Origin: Paraspadella gotoi
Lineage: Eukaryota > Animalia > Chaetognatha
Direction of reading: 5' to 3'
Assembly (NCBI GenBank): GCA_051294375.1
Contig: CM119271.1
Location: forward strand, 1,606,721 to 1,670,720
Length of the DNA: 64,000 bases
The notes below the pieces were generated by a model. The model had not been told where the DNA came from. It did no database searches and was given only the letters and a program-made list of their open reading frames with translations. A program made the position numbers and the translations under genes. This document shows, in pieces, positions 26,841-38,866 of this stretch (its first letter is position 1; each line of letters starts with the position of its first letter).

Positions 26841-29800
26841 TTATCCCCAGTAGAAAATTTCGCCGACGCCGCTGCCCCCGCCGCTGCCGACGACGCCGTC
26901 CTGATTAACGCCGGAAGTTTAAGACAGATCATTTAAACAAAGTTATTATCAAAACAATAATGTAAAAGTTTTGTTCATGGCATGACTAAAAAACAAGTTT
27001 GAGCAAACAATGTCGGATCTGCCCACGATCATTAATTATTAATTAATTAGTACAAACTATATAAACTAAAATAATAATTTAATTAACAAATTAATTGATT
27101 GATTGATTAAATAATTAATTAATTTATAAATAAATTGATTATTGAATAATTAATTAATAGATAACTAAATAAATTTATTGATTGAATAATTTATTGATTA
27201 ATTATTTATTAATTAATTGACTAATTGATTAATTAACTGATTAATTATTTGCTTATTTAATTCCATCAAAACTTGATTTCCAGCTTAATCACACACTTTC
27301 CTACCCACATACAAAATTTCAAATCAATCGCCCCATCCATTCATGAATAATTGAAGTTCAAATAGTGAAATTTATTTTTTTGTTTTTTCCATTTAAACTC
27401 ATTTCCACTCGCAAGATTTTATCGAAACTTCATATCCAGCTCAATCACACACTTCCCTATCCACACACAAAATTTTATTCCAATCCATTCATCCAATCAC
27501 AAGCCGTCGGACCGACGGACGGACATTGGTTTTTTGTGCATAATTTATCATAATTCGATGTTCTGACATGATATAAGTGAATGCCCGACAAGATTGACCG
27601 ACGGACCGACAAAGTGAATTATAGAGTCGGGATCTGCTTATAAGCATATCCGACTAAAAACTGATCTCGAAAATGAAAAATCAACTCAACTAAAAGCTTG
27701 ATATAAAAATCGGTACTTCAATATTTATTTAGCCCCTAATATCGTCTAGTGATTGCCACTACCCAGAACCCACCCGCAACCCCCCCCCCTCATATTAGAC
27801 TGGAACTCACCCAGTCTTCGTCGTCGTCCTCATAGTCGTCGTTGGGAACGTCAGACGGAAAGTACAAGCCTGAAAATGAATGGGATTGATGAATCAGTCA
27901 GTCTATTCGTTAATTTTTTAATCAATTTAATCAATTTAATCAATTAAATAAATATAATCAATTTAATCAATTTAATCAATTAAATAAATATAATCAATTT
28001 AATCAATTTAATCATTTAATCAATTAAATCAATCTAATCAATTTAATCAATTTAATCATTTAATCAATTAAATCAATCTAATCAATTAAATAATCATTTT
28101 CCGGTCTCACTTAAATCTCGCTCATCTCCAAAGCCCTCGTACGCGTCTTTCTTGCTCTTCGTAATGTTTACAAGAATGTAATCTTTTCAATACACTCACT
28201 TACCTCAGTCAATATCTTTCCCGACTTTCCTCAGCCGCAAAACCTCACCTGTGTCTCGGCCGGGGATTTGGCAAATGTATCTGAGTGGATTGTTGCAGGA
28301 AAAATCGTTGATGCCTCCGTGATAGACGTCGACGCATCTCTCTTTGCCGAGATAGTTGTTGGGCTCGTTTGGGCCCCACCTGGATTTAGAAATTGATCGA
28401 TCAATCAATCTATCAACCAATCAATTGGGCAGTCAATCAGTTATAGGCAATAAATAATTAAATCGATGAAACCAATCAAAAAAATCATTGAAATTAAAAT
28501 GAAGCAAATAAATTCATCAATCAATCATTCAAACTAATAGTCATTCTTTTTTTTTTCAGTATAGTTTAAGCAATCATTAATCAATTATTAACAATCAATC
28601 AATAATTACTTCGAAAGAAATAGAAACAAGCCGGTCAATCAAACGATGAAATGAAATTATTTTTAAAAACAGACCCCGATCCGTGTTTTCTTTCGCTCGA
28701 CTCCAGTCCCTCACCAATCTGAATCCTCGTACAGGGTCGACTCGTCGATCCACTGGAAACCCTCGTCGGTTTTAAAGGCGCCCACGAAAAAGCCTTCGTT
28801 CCAGCGAAGGCGTGAAGGACGGGGAAGCATCATCCCGAGCTCTCTCTGTGTTTTGAGTTGTACGGGTAGGGGGAAGGGGGAAGGAAGGGGGGGGGTTGTT
28901 GGTGTCGGGAACTGTTGTCGGGCATTGCAATACGTTTACCCCGCCTATAAGCATGTCACCTTTAGTCGTGACACGGTGCCTCTTTGAGTATTACCATCAG
29001 CTCATGACCATTAGGTACGGGGATCGATCCCCTTCGGTACATACCCTGCGGGAAGCGTGAGGACGGCCGTCAACCGCCTTGGGGGCGTGGAAAACCCTCA
29101 AGCCTGGTTCCAAGCCCATGATCCGTTTCATGGCTGCTAGAGGTGGTTGAAGAAGTTACGGAAAGCTTTCTTCAGCCCATTTAGCGCCTTTTTCACAGAA
29201 CAAGTTTATCTTTGGTCTCTCTTTTCATCACGCACCAGTTTTGTTCCGAATTAACTATTAACGTGATTGATTAAATTAATCCACAACCTAATCCATAACC
29301 CTGATCTTTAACCTAAACTAACTTAATTTCAAATTTAATATGAAATCGGGCTCTTTGCGAAAATAAAGCCTAAATTTTTTTTCCCTATCAGAAATAAAAC
29401 AGATAATAAACATTACTCTTCTTGCAATTTTAAAAGAAATACATTGTTTTTAAATTGGCTTTATAATTAGGATAGAATTACAATATGGAGCTTTCCCAAC
29501 GCCATGCCATACCATGCCTCAAGCGGTCGCTACAAAATCGATTTCGAAGTCAAATTGGATTTATGATTTATTTGTTTGGTCTAATCTTCGAAATCCATTA
29601 ACCTCAAAATTATTTTTAAGCTTCTGGCAGCGCGTCTCAGAGGGATAACTGCAATATGCAAATAAGATTAAGAGCCCTCAGTTTCAATTTGGTTTTTTTC
29701 CCCAATAACGAAACGAATTCGAGGATTGATCGTTGAATTAAACAGAGCAAACAACCCTCTTTTCGGAAAGCGCCCTAATTCAACTAGAATTCAGAAATAA

Positions 29801-30247
29801 GTTTGTCTTTAGGTTTAATAATTCGGTTAAAAGCTAGGGAGAGGAAGTAGATTAGGAATTAGGAATCAGAGTTAGGAATTAGTTTAAGGATTAGGGTTCA
29901 AGGTTAAAAAATATGGTAAGGGATTAGTGATTAGGATTAAGGATTAAATTAGGGTTAGGGATTGGAAAAAGATTCGGTTAAAATGAAATGGGCCACTCTC
30001 GGAAAATAGTGCCAAAACCTGAATAAAGTCGTAATCTTTCTGATCGCTGATGACGGCCAAACTTCCTCCCTCGAGGCGACAACTGTCTCGTGCGATGGAG
30101 AAGACAACTCGATCCTGAAATATAAATATAAGGATTACATAATAGTATTAGTATTACGTAATAAAATTACTCACCAGTTTGAACCCGTAACATTTTCCTT
30201 GTGGACCATGAACGTAGTTCGCTGGACAATTGGCTGAGTGGAGAAAT

Positions 30248-30300
<53 letters not shown>

Positions 30301-31939
30301 ACGATAACTTAATAAATTACCCCCCAAATTTTTTTTATTTAATGTATACAACTTTATACTTTATATGCAAATTTTTCTTACCATCAACTGGTTCTTGGAA
30401 CGGTCGCTGGCAAATAAAGCGAAGTCGATAATTACAAGGAAAATCGTTGAGGCCCCCGAAAAAGACGTCGACGCAATCCTCTTGGACGAGGTAGTTGTTG
30501 GGCTCGCCCTCTCCCCACCTGATTGATTGATAGATTGAATGATCTATTCACGGGTTTATTGATAGTAGGGTGGATGACGAAAAATATCACAGGGTTTCGC
30601 TACCAAGCCAGAACGACTACACTATAATAGCTTAGTAAGGTGGATGATGGAAAATATCACAGGGCCTCGCCCCACACCATTCAGAACCGAGGTCGATTCT
30701 CCCTTCTCCAGAATTCCAACGAAATTCTCCCTCTTCTTTGAGATCCGTGGCGCCAACGAAGAAAGCCTGCCTCCAGTCGGTCAGACGAGGTACGACGGGA
30801 AGTTGGGATAGTTGATTCTTGAGGGGAATTTAAGGTGCGGGTGGAGAGAGGGTAGTTTATTGGCTAATTGATTGGTGAATTAAGTTGAATGGAGAATCGA
30901 TTGGTTGATTGATTTTTGGCAGTTGATATTTTTAATTGAAGCAGAGAGAGAAAAAAAGATGGAACAGTGAGGCGTGATTACTACTCCTTGGAGTTTTATT
31001 GTTTCGAAGGAGATTGATTGGTTAAATGATTGCTTGAATGATTGATTAAATGATTGGTTGATTTATTTATAGATTGTATGGTTGGTTGATTGTTTCACTG
31101 TTGAATTATTGATTAATTAATTGATCGATTTATTGATTGGAAAATTGATATGTTGATGTTCGATAGGAGAGAATAATCGCTCATTAGTATTTCTAAAATT
31201 ATTAATAATTCTGTTCCTTTTGTTATTACTCAAAGACCAAACTTATTTGAATTAGGTTAAATTCATGAATCTCAAGTTCTAAACTGAATTCGCCGGCATT
31301 CATCTTCCCCGGCCGCACCTGAATAAAGTCGTAGGTCTCTCGATCGTGCATCTCGGCGAGGATCGCGTCGTGCGACTCGCAAGTCTTTTCCGCCGACGCG
31401 AAAGTTTCTCTGTCCTTGAGATCAGAATGAAATATTTTAGTTAAAAGATTTTTTCGATAATTAATCAATTCATAATTAATTATCCTTTCACTTTCGTTGT
31501 GTTTGAGATTAGCGAAAAATTGTTTGTTTTTATTTCGACAACGATGATAAAAGATTTAATAATTCATATATACTTGCATAATGTACATTCATTGAATCAG
31601 GTTGATTAATTTGTTAATTGATTAAAATAAAGATTATATTTGCATTTACGTGAAATAGACGGAAGCATTGATTGTGAGGCCCACGAACGAAGCCATTTTT
31701 GCAATCCGAAGTTGACGGTTCTGCAAATTTGCCAACAAAAAAAAAATGTTTTGATAAAATATTTTTTATCAAAATAGTTAATTATCATATAAGTTCCTGT
31801 AATTACATATAATTTATTGTAAAATTATTTGTTTTGTTTACTTTTGCTTTATTTTATTTTGTTTATTTGTTTTCATTACTTAGTCTTTGTTTTCATTTTA
31901 GTTTCGTCACCTTCGGTCGTCGTCGTCGTCGTTGTCGTC

Positions 31940-31970
<31 letters not shown>

Positions 31971-32372
31971 TCTTCNNNNNNNNNNNNGTCGTCGTCGTCG
32001 TCGTCGTTTTCTCCGTCGCGGGTCGCGACGCGTTAAACTCGCAGATGTAGGAACATCTGTAGTTGCATCTGTGATCGTGCCATTTGTGGTCGTAGGAGGA
32101 CTTGTGGCCAATGAAGAGACATTTCTCCCATCCGCCGTCCGGTTGACCCGGGAACCAGTTGACGAAGCCTGTATTGAGAGATGTATGGCCGGGTCGTCAG
32201 AGTCATAATCTTCATCATCATTATCATTGTCGTCTTCATAATCATCGTCATCATCATCATAAAAATTATTCACTAAAAGTAAAATTATTATTTATTTATT
32301 TATTTATTTATTTATCGTCAGGATCAATCGTAATGGATGTCTTAATCAGAATCATCATTGTTATTTATCAGC

Positions 32373-32414
<42 letters not shown>

Positions 32415-34954
32415 CTTTCTCACCTTCTTCCGCCAGCGTCTTACTCCTTCCCGCCCAATGATATTTCCTGTCGCTTCCTTCCCGTCCGCTCGTCCAAAAA
32501 TCCCACTCTGAGTCTTAAAATTAACCAAAACATTAAATTTGGCCTTATTTTCTCAAAATGACCTATTTCACGGTATATTTGGTTTTAAGATTAATTTAAT
32601 AGTTTGCATTAGCATTATAGATTAAGTTAGTGATTAGGGTTAGGGATTAGTATCAGGATTATAGACTATAGTTTAAGTTTAGTATGAAAATACAATGCAT
32701 CGCCTATCTTTTTTTCTTTTCCAAATCTAATAACCATTCATTTTTAGTGACTGAAGCATAATTTTTAAAAATTAATATTTTCTTTATTCTGATTCGTTTT
32801 GATTCATGATCGAATCATGTAATTGAAGAGAGGTTTCCAGGGTTTTTAAAAATACTAAAAATTATAAAATATTAATTATCCAAAACTCAAGTTGTACTAA
32901 TTTAACTGGGTAACGCCTCAAACGCGGAACCTAAAAGGCATAAAAGGTTAAAATACATTTTATACCAACGCAGAGAATAGATTATCAAGTAGCTTGCCTC
33001 TCTTGGCTTCTCCGTCTTTTCTTCTGATTGACCAATCAGAGATGAGGCTTCCCTCAGGAAACCGACGGCACAGAAACGAGAAAGGGAACTGGATCAATCT
33101 TCAACTTACCTTTTAAAAACTAACATCAAACTCCTTATGGACTATTTGTTATATTGTTTATTGCTTGCCTTTTTCTCTGCCTAATCTACATATTTTGTAT
33201 GCTAATTATCATCATCCCAACGTGTTCTTATGTCAATAAAACTCCTCTTATTTCTTACGTACTTCCTTCGTTGATAAACAATAGGGTTAAAGATTAGCTT
33301 ATAGATTTGGTAACAGATTAAGAATAAATTTAAAATTTAGAAACAGAAATAGGGCGCATTTAGAAAAGGGCGCATTAAATTAAAAAGTATTCAACTCTAT
33401 TACTCTATTACGCAAAACACAACAATATTAGTATTTAAAATACTTTTTACCTCCTTTTTCTGCCAAGAGTTGCTCGATGAATTCTTGTTCGTCCGCTGAT
33501 TCAATGCTTACGAGTTCCGCGCCTGAGTGAATGAAATTAAAGAAATTAACGTATGGATGAATGTATGAATAAATGGATGGAATGAATAAATGAACGGAAT
33601 GAATGAATTAAATTAATGAATAAATACAATGATTAAGTGATAAATAAATACATAAAAAAATCATTATCTAACAAACCATGTGTGGATGGAATGAATGGAT
33701 GTATGAAAGAATAAATGATTAAAATTATGATAGGATGAATAAATGAATGAAATGATTATGTGATGAAGAAGTAGACAGGAAAAAAATGACTACTAATAAC
33801 CTAAAAAAAAAAAAAAATAAAACAACAAAAATAAAAATCACAACAAAAACAACAACAACACAACAACATCAGCAACACCAAAAACAAAAACATCAGCATG
33901 AACAACCATCGAGCAGTCGGCCGCAAATCTCGTTGGCAAACCCCTGTCCGTGAAAATGATCCGTTTGGGGCGATTCGGGGACATAGTAGCAGGAGGATGA
34001 CCCCGCGGGGCCGGGAGACCAGCCCGGTGGGCAGCCTTGAAAAAAGGAGATGGGGGAAGAGGGTTGATTAGTTGTGGGAATTGACATCCGGGATTGACAT
34101 CCGGGTTTGTGGTCGATCAATGTACGGTGTGTCAATGTTTAATGTGAAGGATTCTCATAAAGCTTTATGAATATTACTCGCATATAGCATATAAGTATTT
34201 TGTGGAGCAAATTAAAACACATGGTGGAAGTATAACACTGGGTTTAGCCTATATTTAAATGGACCTAATTAGGGGGGGTTTAGAGTTAAGGGTGGTTTAA
34301 GGGAGGTTTAGGGTTAGCGGTAGTTATGGTTAAGGGGCTTTAGGGTTAGGTTAATTAGGTAATAATCTTTTAATTTTTTTTAAAAAATAAGTATTTTTAA
34401 GTAGTTTTTCAAAAAACGCCAAAACCCTGGCCGGCGAAAGTAAGATTTTTACTTTTAAATGATTGAAATTATAATTTTTATTGTTGTTATTACTATTTTT
34501 ATTGTTATTATTATTATTATTATTAAAATTATTTAAAATCACCTGGTCTATCGTCATCGTCAGTTCCGCTTACGAGTTCCTTTATCTTCGTGAGTAATCC
34601 CTTGAAAAAACTCCCCACGCCGGCTGAGATTTGAATTGGTTGGAATGTTTATAATAAACTGCAGTTTTAAAATTAACATCAGTTAAACTTGTAAATAAAC
34701 AAGTCATCCTAGCAATTGGGACAATTACGACTGAATCAGAATAAAAGTTTAAATTGATTAAATTGCATAAATAACTTTTATAATTGTGTTAATTGATAAA
34801 ATATGGCTGCCAATGAAAGAAAAAAATTGCCTGTAATTAAAATTAATTGCAGGTAACTACCTTGATTAACCGCCGGAGTTTCGTCTCTTTTCCTGAAGGC
34901 GGAACACAGAGCGAAAAACAAAATGGCCGACGAACAAAAGGTCAACAATTTCAT
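26841..34954 (-). CDS. Secreted multi-domain C-type lectin A: signal peptide, RKR, amphipathic peptide, CTLD1 (QPD/WHD), poly-Thr linker, CTLD2 (EPN), CTLD3 (EPN), acidic Ser-Gly tail
   Basis: Exons about 34954-34861, 34623-34543, 34036-33908, 33522-33451, 32507-32424, 32168-31912, 31720-31650, 31414-31319, 30817-30678, 30518-30382, 30233-30175, 30114-30019, 28845-28715, 28379-28249, 27869-27811, 26900-26841 join in phase. Motifs: CPPGW..CY, LVSIESADEQEFI, FWTSG, NWFPGQPD..WHD..C..ICE, FFVGATDLKEEGEFRW, GEPNN..C..LND..C..FICQ. The tail exons are less certain. Confidence 0.88.
27495..27660 (+). mobile_element. Helitron/Helentron-associated (DINE-1/HINE-like) non-autonomous element end
   Basis: (GAC/GGAC)-rich stretch, then hairpin GTCGGGAT-ctgcttataagcat-ATCCCGAC followed by TAAAAA. 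Related inverted segment at ~54395-54640; similar GACA/CCGA-type remnants at ~4222-4298 and 37563-37637. Confidence 0.55.
27920..28095. repeat. (AATCAATTT)n minisatellite, intronic
   Basis: Tandem 9-mers are directly visible. Confidence 0.9.
28914..29198 (+). mobile_element. tRNA-derived SINE-like family 2 (CAT in anticodon-loop position), in a lectin A intron
   Basis: tRNA-like segment 28970-29040 (..CT CAT GA..GGATCGATCCC) followed by a GC-rich body. Homologous inverted copy at 46347-46626. Confidence 0.65.
29757..30012. mobile_element. Representative of a small TIR-like family filled with degenerate TTAGGG/TTAAGG hexamers
   Basis: Ends resemble gcactattttccgaaagcgcccattt in inverted orientation, with (ttagg-like)n inside. 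Related pieces at ~1555-1750, 2170-2290, 13345-13500, 24455-24690, 29280-29365, 32560-32680, 33280-33375, 35745-35895 and 42890-43060. Confidence 0.6.
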
Positions 34955-35074
34955 CTTTTTTTTTTCCAAAAAAATTTGGCTTAAAATGTAGCGAAATGTC
35001 CGGATCTTAAAGTTAAAGCAAAAATGGGGGTTTGGGGAAATTGGCTTAGAAATGTGAACGAGTCGAAGACCGGA

Positions 35075-35129
<55 letters not shown>

Positions 35130-35170
35130 AAGCCAAGCGAAGGAATCTTCGTGGGGCTGAGGGCAAGGAT

Positions 35171-35238
<68 letters not shown>

Positions 35239-36258
35239 AAAAGATATATATGTGTCAACACGAAATGATTTTTTTCGGCAAAAAACGCAATCACAAAGCG
35301 GGACTTGTAAATTGGGAATATTTTACAGGGTCGTAGCATTCAACGAACAAACAAAGGCGCAAAAAAAATTTTGTCGGTTTTTCCGCTTGCATAACCGAGT
35401 GTTAAAGGCGATGGGAGCAATATCCCTATATAAATATTTATATGTACTCAAACCATATTTCATATTCGTAAAACTAAAAAAAGCTAAAAATATCTTTTAT
35501 AAAAATCTACCATTTATCTTAGATCATCCTGTTAAACATATCCAATGTATGTAAATTTTTTTTGGTTATCGTCCCCAGTTTTCTCCTCTTGACTTGAGAG
35601 ATAAAAACCAAAAGAAATAAATTAATCGAGTTAATGCGAAATCTTTCGTGGAGCAATTGGAGATCTTGTGGTCGCATTCTGGATTCTTATTTTATGCGAG
35701 ATATTTTAGTGTAGCGAGGACCTAACCTTTTGGGCCATATTAACCGAGAGCGCCCACTTTCATCTTAAATTCGGAATTAACTTAGTTTTTGGGTTTAAAA
35801 ATAAGGTTAGAGATTAGGTTATGGATTATGGTTCCAGATTAGAGTTAGAGATAAGGCTATGGCTTAGGGTTAAAGATTAGGATTAGGTTAAGGTAAAGTG
35901 GCTAAATATAAAAAAAGAACAATTAAATAATCAGAAAATAATAACTTGTTTATCAAAGTAATAAAAAAAAAAATTGTTTTAGATTTTGAGCAATAAAACT
36001 TTTTATTTGACAAACGCGGTACAAATAATTCTGTCCAAGTATATTAACTTCGATACTGTAGAAGACCGGTGGTAAGTCGCCTCAATACCATAGTAAACGC
36101 GTCTATCTTTGATGTTTCGTCTGCAGTCGTCTCGGAGATCTGTGATCGAATCACCCAGATCTTTTCCCGTCAACGCACACTGTGTCACAACTGTGTCCCA
36201 ACTGTGTACTGAACATCAGACTCCTGCTCCCGAAGACTAATTGTCCATCCAGTGCCAA

Positions 36259-38866
36259 CTAGTTCCAGCGACAATCGCCTCTCTCGCCCTGTAAATTGTA
36301 AATTACAATGTTTTGAAAAGTAAGAGATCCTACAGAAAACTGTTTTTTTTTCGTAAACTACCATGAGAGATAGTTAGTCTAGCCTGGCCTTAGAAGGTTA
36401 TTGTCTTGTAAGAAGGATGGATGTCTTAACCCACAATAGCGGCCAAAGATGGAGCTGGTTTATTAAATTAAAGTTTTCTATATTGGTTGTACCAACTTCA
36501 TCACATCACTTTCAAGTCAGACTCACACGTTTTCTCACTTGGTAATCATCGTCCTTCCCGTTCGCCTCTCTTTTCACTGAAAATAAAAAAAATAAATCTC
36601 TATAATAATTAGTAAATATTAAGCTAATTTAACTAATATTTACTTAATATGTAGTAAATAAATCTCAACAAACTCTTTTCATTCTTGCCCGTTTGACGCG
36701 AGGCGATTTGACAAATGTATCGTCTCTCGTCGGAGCAAGGAACGTCCTCCAGTCCGCCCACGTAGAGCGATACGCAAGATTCGTTCTTGTTGTAATTGTT
36801 TGGCTCGTGGGGTCCCCACCTGGCAGAGGGGGAAAAAGATAGACCGATTCATTCATCTATATAAACAATCATTCAAATTAACATTTATTATTGTACGTAG
36901 ATATGAATAAATGTAAAAAAAATATAAATAAAAAAATTCGTAAAATGAAATAAAGACGAACAATCAATGAATAATCAATTTAAATGTAAAAATAGATTAA
37001 TGAGCAAAAAGATAAAATTAACATTACACTAATTAGTAATATCAAATAAACAAATATAAATCAATCATTCAAACAGTCATTCAATTATTAATCGGTCAAT
37101 TCTACTGAAGATAAATAAATAAATCAAATCAATCACTCACTCCCTCAATCGCTAGGTCCCCCTCACCAAAGCGACATCTCTCGCAACGCCCTCCCGCTCA
37201 ACCATCGGAAATCTTCGCCATCATCTCTGACCGCTCCGACGAAGAATGAATCTCGCCAATTGCGTTTTAGGGGAGGGGGGCGGGCAGCTTCGAGCATTTT
37301 CTGGGGGAGGCGGGGGAAAAGAGAGAAAAAGAGATGATGAAAATAAAATATATATAGAAAAAAGTGAGAAAGGAAGGTAGGAAAATGAAAATATAAGAAA
37401 AAAAAGAGAGAAAAAAACGAGTTGAATGAAAAAATGAAGGAAAAGAAAAAAATAAAAATTAAGGAGAAAGAAAAAAACTAAGAAGGGAAAAAGAAATGAA
37501 TAAGTTTTAAAAATAAAAATGAGGCAGAAAATTGAAATTGTTATTTTTTTTTCAAACAACATTTTTTAGTCACTTTTTGGTCGGTTGGTCGGTCGGTCCA
37601 TCGCTCCGTCGGTATGTCTGTTTGTCGGTCTGTCCCATTTGCCTATAGTTAATGATTGCTCATTTGTTAAGACAGAAAAAACCACAAATCTAAGTGTCTG
37701 CTAGCGCATGTCAAGTCATATAGCGTCAGATCATGTCACGAGAAATACTCGTCACTGCGGCGCAACACATTTGAATTACCGTTCTTGTTTTATTGACATT
37801 AAAACGTTTGCGAGCCTTCATCAGCGCAAAATAGAATAATAAATAATAAAATAGAATAATAAATAATAAAATAGAATAATAAATAATAATAAAACACAAC
37901 AGTTGCGAAAAATAAAATAAAAAAGGCCGAGAAAATCAGACAGAAAGGAGAAAGGATATAAAAAAAATATGAAAGGAAAGGACAAAGATATCAAGGCAAA
38001 TCAAGACAAAGATATCAAGGCAAATCGACCTACGTGAAAATAGCAAAAGACCTTGTCGTCCGGAATGACGGCGATTTCGGCTTCCAAGAAACTGCAACGT
38101 CCGAGGCTGGAGAAAAAGTCGGTCCGCTCCTTGCAAGTAGAAAGTAGAAATCGTTGCGTAATTTTCAATAGTTTAGCCGAATCTTTACCGTATTAAAATT
38201 TCAAGATTATTTGTTTCACTATCTTTAGTTTTTTTTAGACTTTAAAATATTATTTTTTTAAAAATCCAATTTCATTTCTATTTTTATTATCCTTATGCTT
38301 ACATATTTAAATTTAATATTATTTCATATTTGTTTTATCATTTTATATATATATTTTTTTATATATTTTGTATTAATTTATTCGTATATATTTTTTAACC
38401 CCCGCAATCTTTGTTAATTTATTTCAAAGCCAGTGTCAGGGTTGTTAAAGAAGACCAGTATTCTCACCTCCATGAAGGCGTAACAGTTTCCATTGGGACC
38501 TTTAACGAAAGCACGAGGACATGTTACTGGAACACAAACAAAACATTCGACGCAATAAAACGGCTAATTATACTTCCTAAGACACGTAATATATAGACAA
38601 TAGTTTTCCTTGAAATTTGGCAACCTTAGATAGTTTATTTCTTCTTCGCTATATTGTTCTGTTTTATTTATTTTTTTATTGCAACGAATCACGTTTAGAG
38701 ACTGAGGTTCAGTAATAATACGTACAATTACAAGTATAATTATATATGTTCGTCATTAATCAATTGTTATTTCACCACTTTTTCTTTTCGTCTCCCCCTT
38801 TTCCTTCCCGCGCTGCATCGAAGCGACGACAATGATGAGGGCCACGAAAAATATCAGTAATCTCAT
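36259..38866 (-). CDS. Secreted single-CTLD C-type lectin B (EPN motif)
   Basis: Exons 38866-38776 (MRLLIFFVALIIVVAS..TKRKS), 38526-38468 (CPRAFVKGPNGNCY), 38129-38034, 37300-37167 (WRDSFFVGA..FRW), 36819-~36689 (WGPHEPNN..C..C..YICQ), 36576-36539, 36288-36259. The donor of exon 5 is ambiguous (GC donor or a later GT). Confidence 0.85.

Noticed and set aside
29050-29105. Hammerhead ribozyme in the SINE-2 body (gTGAGGA + hairpin) or in the 325-bp repeat (gTGATGAaggc)
   Set aside because: C3 is missing and no GAAA follows stem II.
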